Source of the DNA: Candidatus Altimarinota bacterium
GTDB lineage: Bacteria > Patescibacteriota > Gracilibacteria > CAIRYL01
Assembly: GCA_965250085.1 (NCBI GenBank)
Contig: OZ252287.1
Location: 352,001-416,000 of the forward strand
Reading direction: 5' to 3'
DNA: 64,000 bases
The notes beneath the pieces were generated by a model. The model was given only the letters and a program-made list of their open reading frames with translations, had not been told where the DNA came from and searched no databases. Made by a program: the position numbers and the translations under genes. Below are positions 1-8,929 of this stretch, one piece after another; position 1 is the first letter of the stretch; each line of letters starts with the position of its first letter.

Positions 1-2
1 AG

Positions 3-131
3 CGTCTTGGTAGACCAAAATCAAATGTAGATGTTGATAAAATCAAGGAACTGAAAGCTAAAGGTTATTCAATCCGAAAAATTGCAGAGATCCTACAAAT
101 TCCAAAGAGTACGATACAAAATTACCTTTGA
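3..131 (+). CDS. C-terminal fragment of a serine resolvase/invertase (GRP + HTH_7); 5' part lies outside the window
   Basis: Manual translation of frame 3 gives RLGRPKSNVDVDKIKELKAKGYSIRKIAEILQIPKSTIQNYL*, the GRP minor-groove arm followed by an HTH typical of small serine recombinases. Confidence 0.8.
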   Translation, partial: RLGRPKSNVDVDKIKELKAKGYSIRKIAEILQIPKSTIQNYL

Positions 132-209
132 TTTTTACAAAACCGCTGGAAAAACGTAAACTATGAATAGCCGAGCAGGTTATTTTTTATTAAAAGGAAC
201 AAGTTAAAT

Positions 210-1667
210 ATGCTCTCAAAATCCGATTATCTTAGGTTCTTACAATGCCCCAGACTCCTGTGGCTTTTTAAGAATCGAAAAGGTCAGGTTGAGCAAACCG
301 AGAAATCAATAAGCAGTAAAAGGACTATAGAAGAAGGAAATGAGGTGGAGGGATATGCACGTAAGTTATTCCCCACAGGCAAGCTGGCAGAAGGATTTTA
401 TGAGGAAGCTCACAAGTCTACTAAAGCTCTGCTAGATGCAGATGAAAAAGTTATCTTTCAGGCTACTGCTATTGTAGAAGGTCTATTGGCTATGGCAGAT
501 ATTTTTGAATATGACGAGTCCAATCAATACTGGGTTATCAACGAGGTTAAAAGTGCAACGGAAGTTGATGATGACCATATTGCAGATGCCTGTTTTCAAA
601 AAATAGCGTTTGAAAAAGCTGGATTTAAGGTTGGAAAAGTTAATTTGATACATATCAATAACGAATATGTCAGAAATAGCGAAATCAATCCGAAAGAACT
701 TTTTAAGATTGAAGACATCACCGAACAGGTCAAAAAGATTGAGCCAGAAACCAAAGATAATATCGAGATAGCTCTAAAGGTTGAATCACAAGAAAAAGAA
801 CCTACCCCTCAAATCGTCAAACAGTGTAAGAGGAGACAGGTTAAACAATGCCCCTACATTCCACATTGCTGGAAGAACATTCCAGATTACTCAATTTATG
901 ACCTTAGTCGCATTTCAGAAAAGAAACTCATTCAGCTTCTTGATGATGGTGGCTTGGATATTACAGACATACCTATTGAGGGCTTTCCCTTATCTGAAAA
1001 GCAGGAAAATCAAGTTACGGCAGCCCATGCAGGCAAGCCAATGATTGATAAAGAATCCATACGAGAGGAATTATCGAGTTTAGAATATCCACTCTACTTT
1101 CTGGATTACGAGTCATTCTTTCCAGCCATTCCACTTTTCGATGGATTCAAACCATATCAACAAATGTGCTTTCAGTACTCACTACATGTAGTTGAAGCGG
1201 AAGGAGAAAAAGCTAAGCATTATGAATTTTTGCAAAAAGATTTATCAGACCCAGTACCAGCCTTGCTCGAAAGTCTCAGGGTAAACATTGGTGATACTGG
1301 AGCAGTATTGGTTTGGCATAAAACATTTGAAACTCAACGGAATACAGAAATGGGGCTCATGCACCCAGAATATGCAAGCTTCTTAGAATCAGTTAATAGC
1401 CGAGTTTATGATTTAGAAGATATCTTTACCAAGCAATACTTCGTACACCCAGATTTTAAGGGTAGAACATCAATCAAAAAAGTTCTTCCTGTTCTTGTGC
1501 CAGAGCTGTCATACCAAGATTTAGAGATATCAGAAGGAGCTACTGCAAGTTGTAAGTGGTTTGAAATGGTATCACAGACAAAAGATGAGAAGCTCTACAA
1601 GGACTTACTGGCCTATTGTGAGATGGATACCTTAGCAATGGTGAGACTTTTTGAAGCCTTACTTTAA
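210..1667 (+). CDS. DUF2779-domain protein (Cas4/RecB-like PD-(D/E)XK N-terminus, RNase H-like C-terminus)
   Basis: LSKSDY..QCPRLLWL start, ADIF...INEVKS nuclease motif, Cys cluster QCKRRQVKQCPYIPHCW, and FLDYES..PYQQMCFQYSLH / DLEDIF / YCEMDT motifs. Confidence 0.8.
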   Translation: MLSKSDYLRFLQCPRLLWLFKNRKGQVEQTEKSISSKRTIEEGNEVEGYARKLFPTGKLAEGFYEEAHKSTKALLDADEKVIFQATAIVEGLLAMADIFEYDESNQYWVINEVKSATEVDDDHIADACFQKIAFEKAGFKVGKVNLIHINNEYVRNSEINPKELFKIEDITEQVKKIEPETKDNIEIALKVESQEKEPTPQIVKQCKRRQVKQCPYIPHCWKNIPDYSIYDLSRISEKKLIQLLDDGGLDITDIPIEGFPLSEKQENQVTAAHAGKPMIDKESIREELSSLEYPLYFLDYESFFPAIPLFDGFKPYQQMCFQYSLHVVEAEGEKAKHYEFLQKDLSDPVPALLESLRVNIGDTGAVLVWHKTFETQRNTEMGLMHPEYASFLESVNSRVYDLEDIFTKQYFVHPDFKGRTSIKKVLPVLVPELSYQDLEISEGATASCKWFEMVSQTKDEKLYKDLLAYCEMDTLAMVRLFEALL

Positions 1668-2168
1668 TACCGGATTATCTTTTATCAGGAATAGCTCAAA
1701 GTAGTTATGCCCCTGTCGGTTTTTGAGTGTTCTGGTTTTCAGCTTGCCTTCCTTTACTAGCTTACGAGCGTCTTTCTTCTTCAATCCAAACTTAGATTCG
1801 AGACTCCAATATGAATACCAGCTATCCCTATTCTTAAATACGGATTTGGGAATTCTTTTCTTATTAAGATTATCTTGGCAGTCCAAGCATTTTTGCCCAC
1901 ATTCGTCATACCAAACTTCGGTATTGCACATCTGCTTACCGCAAATAGGACAAGAATAGATACCGTTATCATCATAATGAAATCCTTTTGGATTATCTTT
2001 GAGTTTGGCTTTACGTTTGCATTCCTTCGCGTGCATGTCATAGCACAGCTTCACATAATTCAATAAATTTTGAGCTGACTCTCTGGCTTCGGTATTGCTA
2101 ATCTCTTTACCAAACTCTTTTTTGTAAATTTGTTTGAACTCTTCGATTCTTTCATCGGAAATTTGCAT
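1659..2168 (-). CDS. Hypothetical protein with a Cys (Zn-binding-like) cluster and a C-terminal HTH-like segment
   Basis: 169 aa ORF; CPIC...CGQKCLDC; tail WSLESKFGLKKKDARKLVKEGKLK resembles a winged HTH. Confidence 0.6.
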   Translation of the reverse strand: MQISDERIEEFKQIYKKEFGKEISNTEARESAQNLLNYVKLCYDMHAKECKRKAKLKDNPKGFHYDDNGIYSCPICGKQMCNTEVWYDECGQKCLDCQDNLNKKRIPKSVFKNRDSWYSYWSLESKFGLKKKDARKLVKEGKLKTRTLKNRQGHNYFELFLIKDNPVLK

Positions 2169-2422
2169 AGGATTGAGGTTAAAAGTTAATTACTCATATT
2201 GTATGAAAAAATGACTGTCCCAAAAACCCCTAAATTTTGAGGTCTGAAAAACGCCTTAAATAAAAGCTTTGATTAAGTCAAAACAACTGTCCCACAAACA
2301 TTTCTTTTACGTCCATAGTGGGTAGGTTTCAGCACCTACCCTTTATTGATTTTATTCTCAAAATTGATATGATACCTATGAAAGACTTGTATAACTTTAA
2401 TCGCCTACATAATTCTTTGAAT

Positions 2423-2635
2423 ATGCTAGAAGACAAGCCAGAAATCCTCACCATTCAGGAGGTTGCGGAGATACTCAATGTTTCAACGCAGACATTACGA
2501 AGATGGGACAATCAAGGTATTGTGAAGTCCTTTCGGGCAACTACTACCCACCCTCGCAGGTATCACAAAAAGGACATAATCGCATATCTGCAATCAAGCC
2601 CTCAAGACGAGGACTCATCTACATCAGATAACTAA
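2423..2635 (+). CDS. MerR/excisionase-type HTH DNA-binding protein (start re-assigned to ATG 2423)
   Basis: ILTIQEVAEILNVSTQTLRRWDNQG...RRY motif; ends 12 nt before mod. Confidence 0.8.
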   Translation: MLEDKPEILTIQEVAEILNVSTQTLRRWDNQGIVKSFRATTTHPRRYHKKDIIAYLQSSPQDEDSSTSDN

Positions 2636-2647
2636 GCAACCAATCCT

Positions 2648-4528
2648 ATGAAAAATACTAAAATGGACGGCAAATCAATAAACCCACAAGAAGAACTCTT
2701 GGAGCTTCTCAAGCAGAAATTTCCTGAGATATTCGCAGAAGGTGAAGTTGATTGTCAAAAACTCAAGCAAACTCTTGGAGAAGAGGTTGATTTGGATAGC
2801 GAACGATACGGAATGACATGGGCTGGAAAAAGTAACTGCTTCCGTGTAATTCAAGAACCAACCACAGCCACTCTAAAGCCGGCGCAAGATGAGTCGGTAG
2901 ATTTTAATGAGACTGAGAATCTTTTCATTGATGGAGACAACCTTGAAGTTCTCAAGGTTTTGCAAAAATCCTATTATGGGAAGGTGAAGATGATTTACAT
3001 AGATCCTCCATACAATACTGGTAACGATTTTATCTACAATGATGATTTTAGGCAGAACCTAGAAAGGTATCAGCAGGAGGCTGGTATAAAAGATGACAAT
3101 GGCAACTTACGTGACGATGGTTTAATGAAGAATACTAGAGATAGAGGTCACTATCATTCTGATTGGCTCAACATGATGTACCCTCGGTTGTTCTTGGCTC
3201 GCAACCTCTTGCGGAAAGACGGGGTGATTTTTGTGAGCATTGATGACAATGAGGTTCATAATCTAAGAATGATGATGAACGAGATATTTGGAGAAGAAAA
3301 TTTTATAGCAAAATTTGTGTGGAAAAGAAGACAGAATGCTGACAATAGAAATCAAAGCAACGTTTCAATTGATCACGAGTACGTTTTAGTCTTTTCTCGG
3401 AATTTTGAAGCAACTTCGTTTTCAGGGGTTGCTATTGATACTTCAAAGTACAAAAATCCAGATAATGACCCCCGTGGCGATTGGGCAAGTATAGACTTAT
3501 CAGGTTTAGCCACTCAAAACCAAAGACCAAATCTTCATTACGAAATAACAGACCCCAATACAGGCGTTTCATATCCACCAAATCCGAAACGTGGCTGGTC
3601 GAAGTCGAAAAATGTCGTATTAGAGATGATTAAAGATGGACGAATTTTATTCCCCAAAAAACCAACAGGACGACCAAGAGAAAAGAAGTTTATTGCTGAT
3701 TTACGAAAGCAAATTACAGGTTTTTCTTCCGTGCTTAATTCTTCAATCGTTGGCTATACAACAAATGGAACAAGAGAGGTCTCTCAAATCTTTGATGAGA
3801 AGATTTTTGATTTTCCGAAACCAGTCAGTTTGTTAAAGCAACTCATTCAACAAGGAGTATCAAATAACGATATCGTTCTCGACTTCTTCGCAGGCTCAGG
3901 TACAACAGCACATGCCGTTATGGCTTTGAACGCAGAAGATGGAGGAAACCGTAAGTGTATATCAGTCCAGCTTCCAGAGCTATGCGATGAGAAGAGCGAA
4001 GCTTACGAGGCAGGTTACAAGACCATTGCAGATATATCAAAAGAACGTATCAGACGTGCTGGCAAGAAAATAACAGATGAAAAAGGCAGCCAATTGGACC
4101 TAGACGGCAATAAGCTAGATACGGGATTCAAAGTGTTCAAACTCGACCAGAGCAATTTCAAAATTTGGAGAACCGACGTGAAGAACGACAAGGAATTGAT
4201 AGAGCAGATGAACATATTTGTTGATAATGTGAAGAAAGAGAGTACGCAAGACAATATCCTCTACGAGCTAATACTCAAGAGCGGGCTTGATTTGAATGTC
4301 AACGTAGAGAAAAAAAAGGCAGACAAAAAAGTCTACTACTCACTAGATGGGGGCAAGTTGGTTATTTGCCTTGAAGATAAGCTATCTCAAGATTTAGTCG
4401 ATGCAATCCTTGCTGATAAGCCTGAGAAAGCTATCTGTCTCGATAAAGCGTTCGGAGGAAACGACCAACTCAAAACGAATACAGTCTTGCAAATGGAAGC
4501 TGGGAAGATAGATTTTAAGATAATTTAA
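2648..4528 (+). CDS. mod: Type III restriction-modification methyltransferase (Mod, m6A beta class)
   Basis: GDNLEVLK, IYIDPPYNTG, HSDWLNMMYPRL, FPKP, LDFFAGSGTT motifs; adjacent to res. Confidence 0.96.
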   Translation: MKNTKMDGKSINPQEELLELLKQKFPEIFAEGEVDCQKLKQTLGEEVDLDSERYGMTWAGKSNCFRVIQEPTTATLKPAQDESVDFNETENLFIDGDNLEVLKVLQKSYYGKVKMIYIDPPYNTGNDFIYNDDFRQNLERYQQEAGIKDDNGNLRDDGLMKNTRDRGHYHSDWLNMMYPRLFLARNLLRKDGVIFVSIDDNEVHNLRMMMNEIFGEENFIAKFVWKRRQNADNRNQSNVSIDHEYVLVFSRNFEATSFSGVAIDTSKYKNPDNDPRGDWASIDLSGLATQNQRPNLHYEITDPNTGVSYPPNPKRGWSKSKNVVLEMIKDGRILFPKKPTGRPREKKFIADLRKQITGFSSVLNSSIVGYTTNGTREVSQIFDEKIFDFPKPVSLLKQLIQQGVSNNDIVLDFFAGSGTTAHAVMALNAEDGGNRKCISVQLPELCDEKSEAYEAGYKTIADISKERIRRAGKKITDEKGSQLDLDGNKLDTGFKVFKLDQSNFKIWRTDVKNDKELIEQMNIFVDNVKKESTQDNILYELILKSGLDLNVNVEKKKADKKVYYSLDGGKLVICLEDKLSQDLVDAILADKPEKAICLDKAFGGNDQLKTNTVLQMEAGKIDFKII

Positions 4529-4532
4529 TACT

Positions 4533-7187
4533 ATGAAATTACAATTCGACTCAACACAGGAATACCAGCTAGAAGCCATCAAGGCTACTACAGACCTATT
4601 CAAAGGACAACCCTTGAACAAGGGTGACTTTGAGATGAAACTAGCACTTCCAGAAGACCAGTTGCAAATAGGTAACGAATTTGTAGTTGGTAATAACCTC
4701 GTGCTTGCAGAAGAAACAATGCTCAAGAATCTTCAAGCAATTCAAGGTATAAACGAACTAGAAAAGTCTCAAGAGCTAGATGGAAAGCATTTCTCTGTTG
4801 AAATGGAAACTGGGACAGGAAAAACCTACGTCTACTTACGAACCATTCATGAGCTATACAAGCAATATGGTTTCAAAAAGTTTGTCATAGTAGTTCCAAG
4901 CATTGCTATCAAAGAAGGAGTAGTAAAAAACCTCAAAATTACACAGGAACACTTTGACATGCTCTACGAAAACCCAGAGATGGACTTCTACGTGTACGAC
5001 ACCAAGAAACGAGGACAGCTCAAGAATTTTGCTACTACCAATGCTTTGCAAGTCCTTGTCATCAACATCGACTCCTTTGCCAAGTTCAGCGAGGACAAAA
5101 AAGGTAAAAATATCATCTACAAGGATAGCGATTGGGGTATTCCTATTGAGTACATACAAGGCGTGAAACCTGTCGTGATTGTAGACGAACCACAGAATAT
5201 GGAAACAGATATCAGGAAGAAGGCTATTGATAATCTTAACCCTCTCTGCACCCTTCGCTACTCTGCTACCCACAAATACCATTACAATCTTGTACACAAG
5301 CTCGACCCAGTAAGTGCCTATGATTTAGGTTTGGTAAAAAAGATTGAAGTGGATTCGGTCATTACCGAAGAAAGTCATAATGGAGCATACGTTCAACTCA
5401 AGTCGGTTGATGCCAAAAAGACCAAAGTCACAGCAAAAATGCAGATAGATGTAGCTGATAAAAGCGGTGTAAGCAAGAAAGTAGTTACTTTCAAGGTGGG
5501 TGATGACCTTTTCGAGGTCTCAGGTCAAAGAGACGTTTATCGAGACGGTTACATAATAAACGAGATTGATGTAGCAGGTCAGGCTGTGGCGTTTAGTAAT
5601 GGCTCAATACTTTACGTCGGACAAACCAAAGGAGGATTAAATGACGATGTGATGAAATTTCAGATAAAAAAGACTGTTCAGAACCATTTCGAGAAAGAAA
5701 AACGGTTGAAGGAGCAAGGAATCAAAGTCCTGTCCCTCTTTTTCATAGACCGTGTAGCAAACTATCGGGACTATCAGGATGGAAAAGCCCTCAATGGTAA
5801 ATTCGCCGACTGGTTTGAAGAAGCATTCAATGAGATGGTTCAAAATCCAATGTACAAAGACCTCATACCACATGATGTTGCTAAAGTTCACAATGGATAT
5901 TTTTCTGCTGATAAAAAAGGGCTCATCAAAGATACCAAAGGAAATACAAAAGCTGATGATGATACGTATGCCCTTATCATGAGAGACAAAGAGAAATTAC
6001 TCTCCATAGAAGAGCCTCTTCGGTTCATATTTTCTCATTCTGCCCTACGGGAGGGGTGGGACAATCCAAACGTTTTTCAAATCTGTACCCTAAACGAATC
6101 CCGTTCGGACATAAAGAAACGTCAAGAAATCGGACGCGGTTTACGTCTACCTGTGAATCAGGAGGGTGTACGAGTATTTGATGACAATGTAAATATCCTT
6201 ACTGTGACAGCCAATGAAAGCTATGAAGATTTTGCCAGAAGTTTGCAGACTGAAATCGAGCAGGACTGTGGCGTAGATTTCAAAGGACGAGTGAAAAACA
6301 AAGCCAAAAGAACAACCGTGAAACTCAAGAAGGGATATCAGCTTGATGAGAATTTCAAAGACCTTTGGAGCAAAATCCAGCACAGAACACGGTATCAGGT
6401 TGAATATGAGACCACTGAATTGATTGAGAGAGCTTCAAAGGAGCTTGAGGCAATGAATATCACCGTTCCTAAGATAATGAGCCTAAAAGCACGGCTAGAT
6501 ATTACAAGAGAAGGAGTTGAGACAGGATTGACTAGCGTCCGTGAAAAGAGGGTCGAAGTTAAAATGACCAGCATCCCAGATATTTTAGGGTACATTCAGG
6601 GAAAAACACGACTTACAAAAGATACTATCCTCAAAATCATTGAAGAATCAGGAAGAGTGTCAGATATTTTCAAGAATCCACAGCAGTTCATGGATAATGC
6701 AGCCACTCTTATCAATACCGTTCTTCGTAAAATGATGATAGACGGTATCAAGTACGAGAAGATTGCTGGTGAGGTGTGGGAAATGCGTCAATTTGAAAAC
6801 GAAGAGCTTGAGGGATATTTGGATAGCATGTTTGAGGTGAATAACTCAGATAAAACACTTTACGATTATGTTGTGTGTGATTCTAAGATCGAAAGCCAGT
6901 TCGCTAAAGACCTCGAGGTAAATGAGGACGTAAAGTTCTACATCAAGCTCCCATATTGGTTCAAAATTGAAACCCCTATTGGTTCGTACAATCCAGACTG
7001 GGCAGTAGTTTTTGAAGCTGACAAAAGGGTTTACTTTGTTGCTGAAAGTAAAGGAACAACTCACCTTGATGAGCTACGAGAAGCAGAGCGTATGAAAATC
7101 AAATGTGGTGAAAAACATTTCGACGAATTTGATGATGTTGAGTTCAAAGCACCTGTTAGCAAAGTAAGCGAAATGGTCACGAGCTAA
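4533..7187 (+). CDS. res: Type III restriction endonuclease/helicase subunit (Res)
   Basis: EMETGTGKT Walker A, DEPQ, SAT, SALREGWDNPNVFQIC, QEIGRGLR, and C-terminal YNPDW..AESK nuclease. Confidence 0.96.
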   Translation: MKLQFDSTQEYQLEAIKATTDLFKGQPLNKGDFEMKLALPEDQLQIGNEFVVGNNLVLAEETMLKNLQAIQGINELEKSQELDGKHFSVEMETGTGKTYVYLRTIHELYKQYGFKKFVIVVPSIAIKEGVVKNLKITQEHFDMLYENPEMDFYVYDTKKRGQLKNFATTNALQVLVINIDSFAKFSEDKKGKNIIYKDSDWGIPIEYIQGVKPVVIVDEPQNMETDIRKKAIDNLNPLCTLRYSATHKYHYNLVHKLDPVSAYDLGLVKKIEVDSVITEESHNGAYVQLKSVDAKKTKVTAKMQIDVADKSGVSKKVVTFKVGDDLFEVSGQRDVYRDGYIINEIDVAGQAVAFSNGSILYVGQTKGGLNDDVMKFQIKKTVQNHFEKEKRLKEQGIKVLSLFFIDRVANYRDYQDGKALNGKFADWFEEAFNEMVQNPMYKDLIPHDVAKVHNGYFSADKKGLIKDTKGNTKADDDTYALIMRDKEKLLSIEEPLRFIFSHSALREGWDNPNVFQICTLNESRSDIKKRQEIGRGLRLPVNQEGVRVFDDNVNILTVTANESYEDFARSLQTEIEQDCGVDFKGRVKNKAKRTTVKLKKGYQLDENFKDLWSKIQHRTRYQVEYETTELIERASKELEAMNITVPKIMSLKARLDITREGVETGLTSVREKRVEVKMTSIPDILGYIQGKTRLTKDTILKIIEESGRVSDIFKNPQQFMDNAATLINTVLRKMMIDGIKYEKIAGEVWEMRQFENEELEGYLDSMFEVNNSDKTLYDYVVCDSKIESQFAKDLEVNEDVKFYIKLPYWFKIETPIGSYNPDWAVVFEADKRVYFVAESKGTTHLDELREAERMKIKCGEKHFDEFDDVEFKAPVSKVSEMVTS

Positions 7188-7253
7188 TTTGGCGGTCTAT
7201 TTGATTAAAAATTTACAAATCTGCTAGAAAAGTTTATTACTTAAAAAATTAAG

Positions 7254-8720
7254 ATGAGTGGTGAAAAGGGCTATTTCTCAGGCTATTTCCAAGCAAAGTC
7301 GAAAACAATAAGCGACTATGGAGCGATAGACATATCTTTAGTTTCAGATTTGCCATTGTTTATTGACCCATTTTTGCTTTTCAATAGCAAGAACAAGCAA
7401 TATCAGCAATTGCACAAGGATATTATAAATTATCTGCAATTTTTACGACAAAAATCTCTCTTAGGTGGAATCGATAAGGGGCTGATTACAGCTTGGTACA
7501 AATTTTCAGAGGTTTCACAAAATTGGTTTGGCTATTCTCAATCAGGCAATCGTGGTAGCGGATTAGGAAATATGTTCGCTCAAGCCTTGAATAAGAATCT
7601 ACATAGAATTTTTAGAGATTTTGGAACTGAAAAAATTACACAAGGCAGTCATTTAGAAAAGCTATGTTTAATTGAAAAGGGTGTTGGCAAAGACCATATC
7701 AGCGATTTTACAACAAATCTAATTAAAGAATTTTTATTAGAATACACTCAAGAATTTGCCAAGAAACATATTGATAAGAAGTTTTTAAAGAATTTTGCTG
7801 TTGCAAAGGTTTGCTTCAATTACAAAACCGAAACATGGGAAACAAAAACCTTTCTATTACCAGAATACAAAGGAGATTATGTGCTTCTTACTCCTAGAGA
7901 TATTTTAACTCTAGATGATACGTGGATTAACAAATCTGATTTAGTTTCAGATTTTGAAATGATTCCAAATTGTGTAGAAAATGACCAGATGAGAGGGCAA
8001 ATTAACAATTACTTTTTATCTCAACTACCTGAAAAGGCTACAAAAAAGGATAAATCAGAAGCTGCAATTAAGACTATCAGAAAATATCCAGAGCTTTTTG
8101 ATTACTACATTAAGAGAAAAGAGGAGCAAGGTGATATAGCTGTCGGAGTTAGTGCGGAAAAGGTAAAGAAAGCAGAAGAGCTATTTATTGCAAGAATTAA
8201 AGAATTGGTCCCATTACTCCATTCTCAGAGTCAATTTTATGAGTTAATTGGAGACACTTATAAGGAATCATTGGATAGAGTCAGTTACTTAAAACGGTTT
8301 ATTGAGAGTAATGATGGATACAGGTTTTTCTATCTTAAAGGTAGTCCGATTAAACGGGAAGAAGACCTGCAGTTGTTATACAAGCTAGTTTGGCATGGGA
8401 GTCCTTCTGATGTTAATCGCGAAGTAAATAACGGAAGGGGAGATGTTGATTTTAAAGTATCCAGAGGAAGTGCAGATAAAACGCTTGTAGAATTTAAGTT
8501 GGCGTCAAATACAAAATTAAGACAAAATCTTGCAAAGCAAGTTGAGATTTACGAAGAAGCAAATGACACAAAAAAGAGCTTAAAGGTGATAATGTTTTTC
8601 ACCCAAGAAGAAGAGGTTAAAGTTAGAGATATATTGTCCGATTTAGGTCTTGCTGGTAGTCCGAATGTTATTTTAATTGACGCAAGGAACGACAATAAAC
8701 CATCAGCTTCAAATGCATAA
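7254..8720 (+). CDS. Uncharacterised protein with a C-terminal PD-(D/E)XK nuclease-like domain; candidate defence gene
   Basis: 488 aa; DLPLFIDPFLL N-terminus; EEDLQ...REVNNGRGDVDF...LVEFKLASN; AT-rich; directly after res. Confidence 0.65.
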   Translation: MSGEKGYFSGYFQAKSKTISDYGAIDISLVSDLPLFIDPFLLFNSKNKQYQQLHKDIINYLQFLRQKSLLGGIDKGLITAWYKFSEVSQNWFGYSQSGNRGSGLGNMFAQALNKNLHRIFRDFGTEKITQGSHLEKLCLIEKGVGKDHISDFTTNLIKEFLLEYTQEFAKKHIDKKFLKNFAVAKVCFNYKTETWETKTFLLPEYKGDYVLLTPRDILTLDDTWINKSDLVSDFEMIPNCVENDQMRGQINNYFLSQLPEKATKKDKSEAAIKTIRKYPELFDYYIKRKEEQGDIAVGVSAEKVKKAEELFIARIKELVPLLHSQSQFYELIGDTYKESLDRVSYLKRFIESNDGYRFFYLKGSPIKREEDLQLLYKLVWHGSPSDVNREVNNGRGDVDFKVSRGSADKTLVEFKLASNTKLRQNLAKQVEIYEEANDTKKSLKVIMFFTQEEEVKVRDILSDLGLAGSPNVILIDARNDNKPSASNA

Positions 8721-8929
8721 GGATAATTTGGGCTTCTAGCTGTTCTGCAAACCGAAAACACACAAATATACCTAATGAGGATGCAAGGTGCTGTAAATCG
8801 AATCCTAGCAGCATTCAGGAGCTTTTTATATCACCATTCAACATGGTTCTAATTTTAAACGTGACAAACCTTAACTAACTCAGGACAACATGTTAAAATT
8901 AGAACAGCTCTAAGTCATACCTCAATGAA

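Noticed and set aside
210-1667. CRISPR-Cas locus suggested by the Cas4-like domain
   Set aside because: No cas1/cas2 or effector genes, and no regularly spaced repeat-spacer array anywhere in the window
4310-4317. Phase-variable tract in mod
   Set aside because: Only an A8 run in an A-rich genome, and no tandem simple-sequence repeat in the gene
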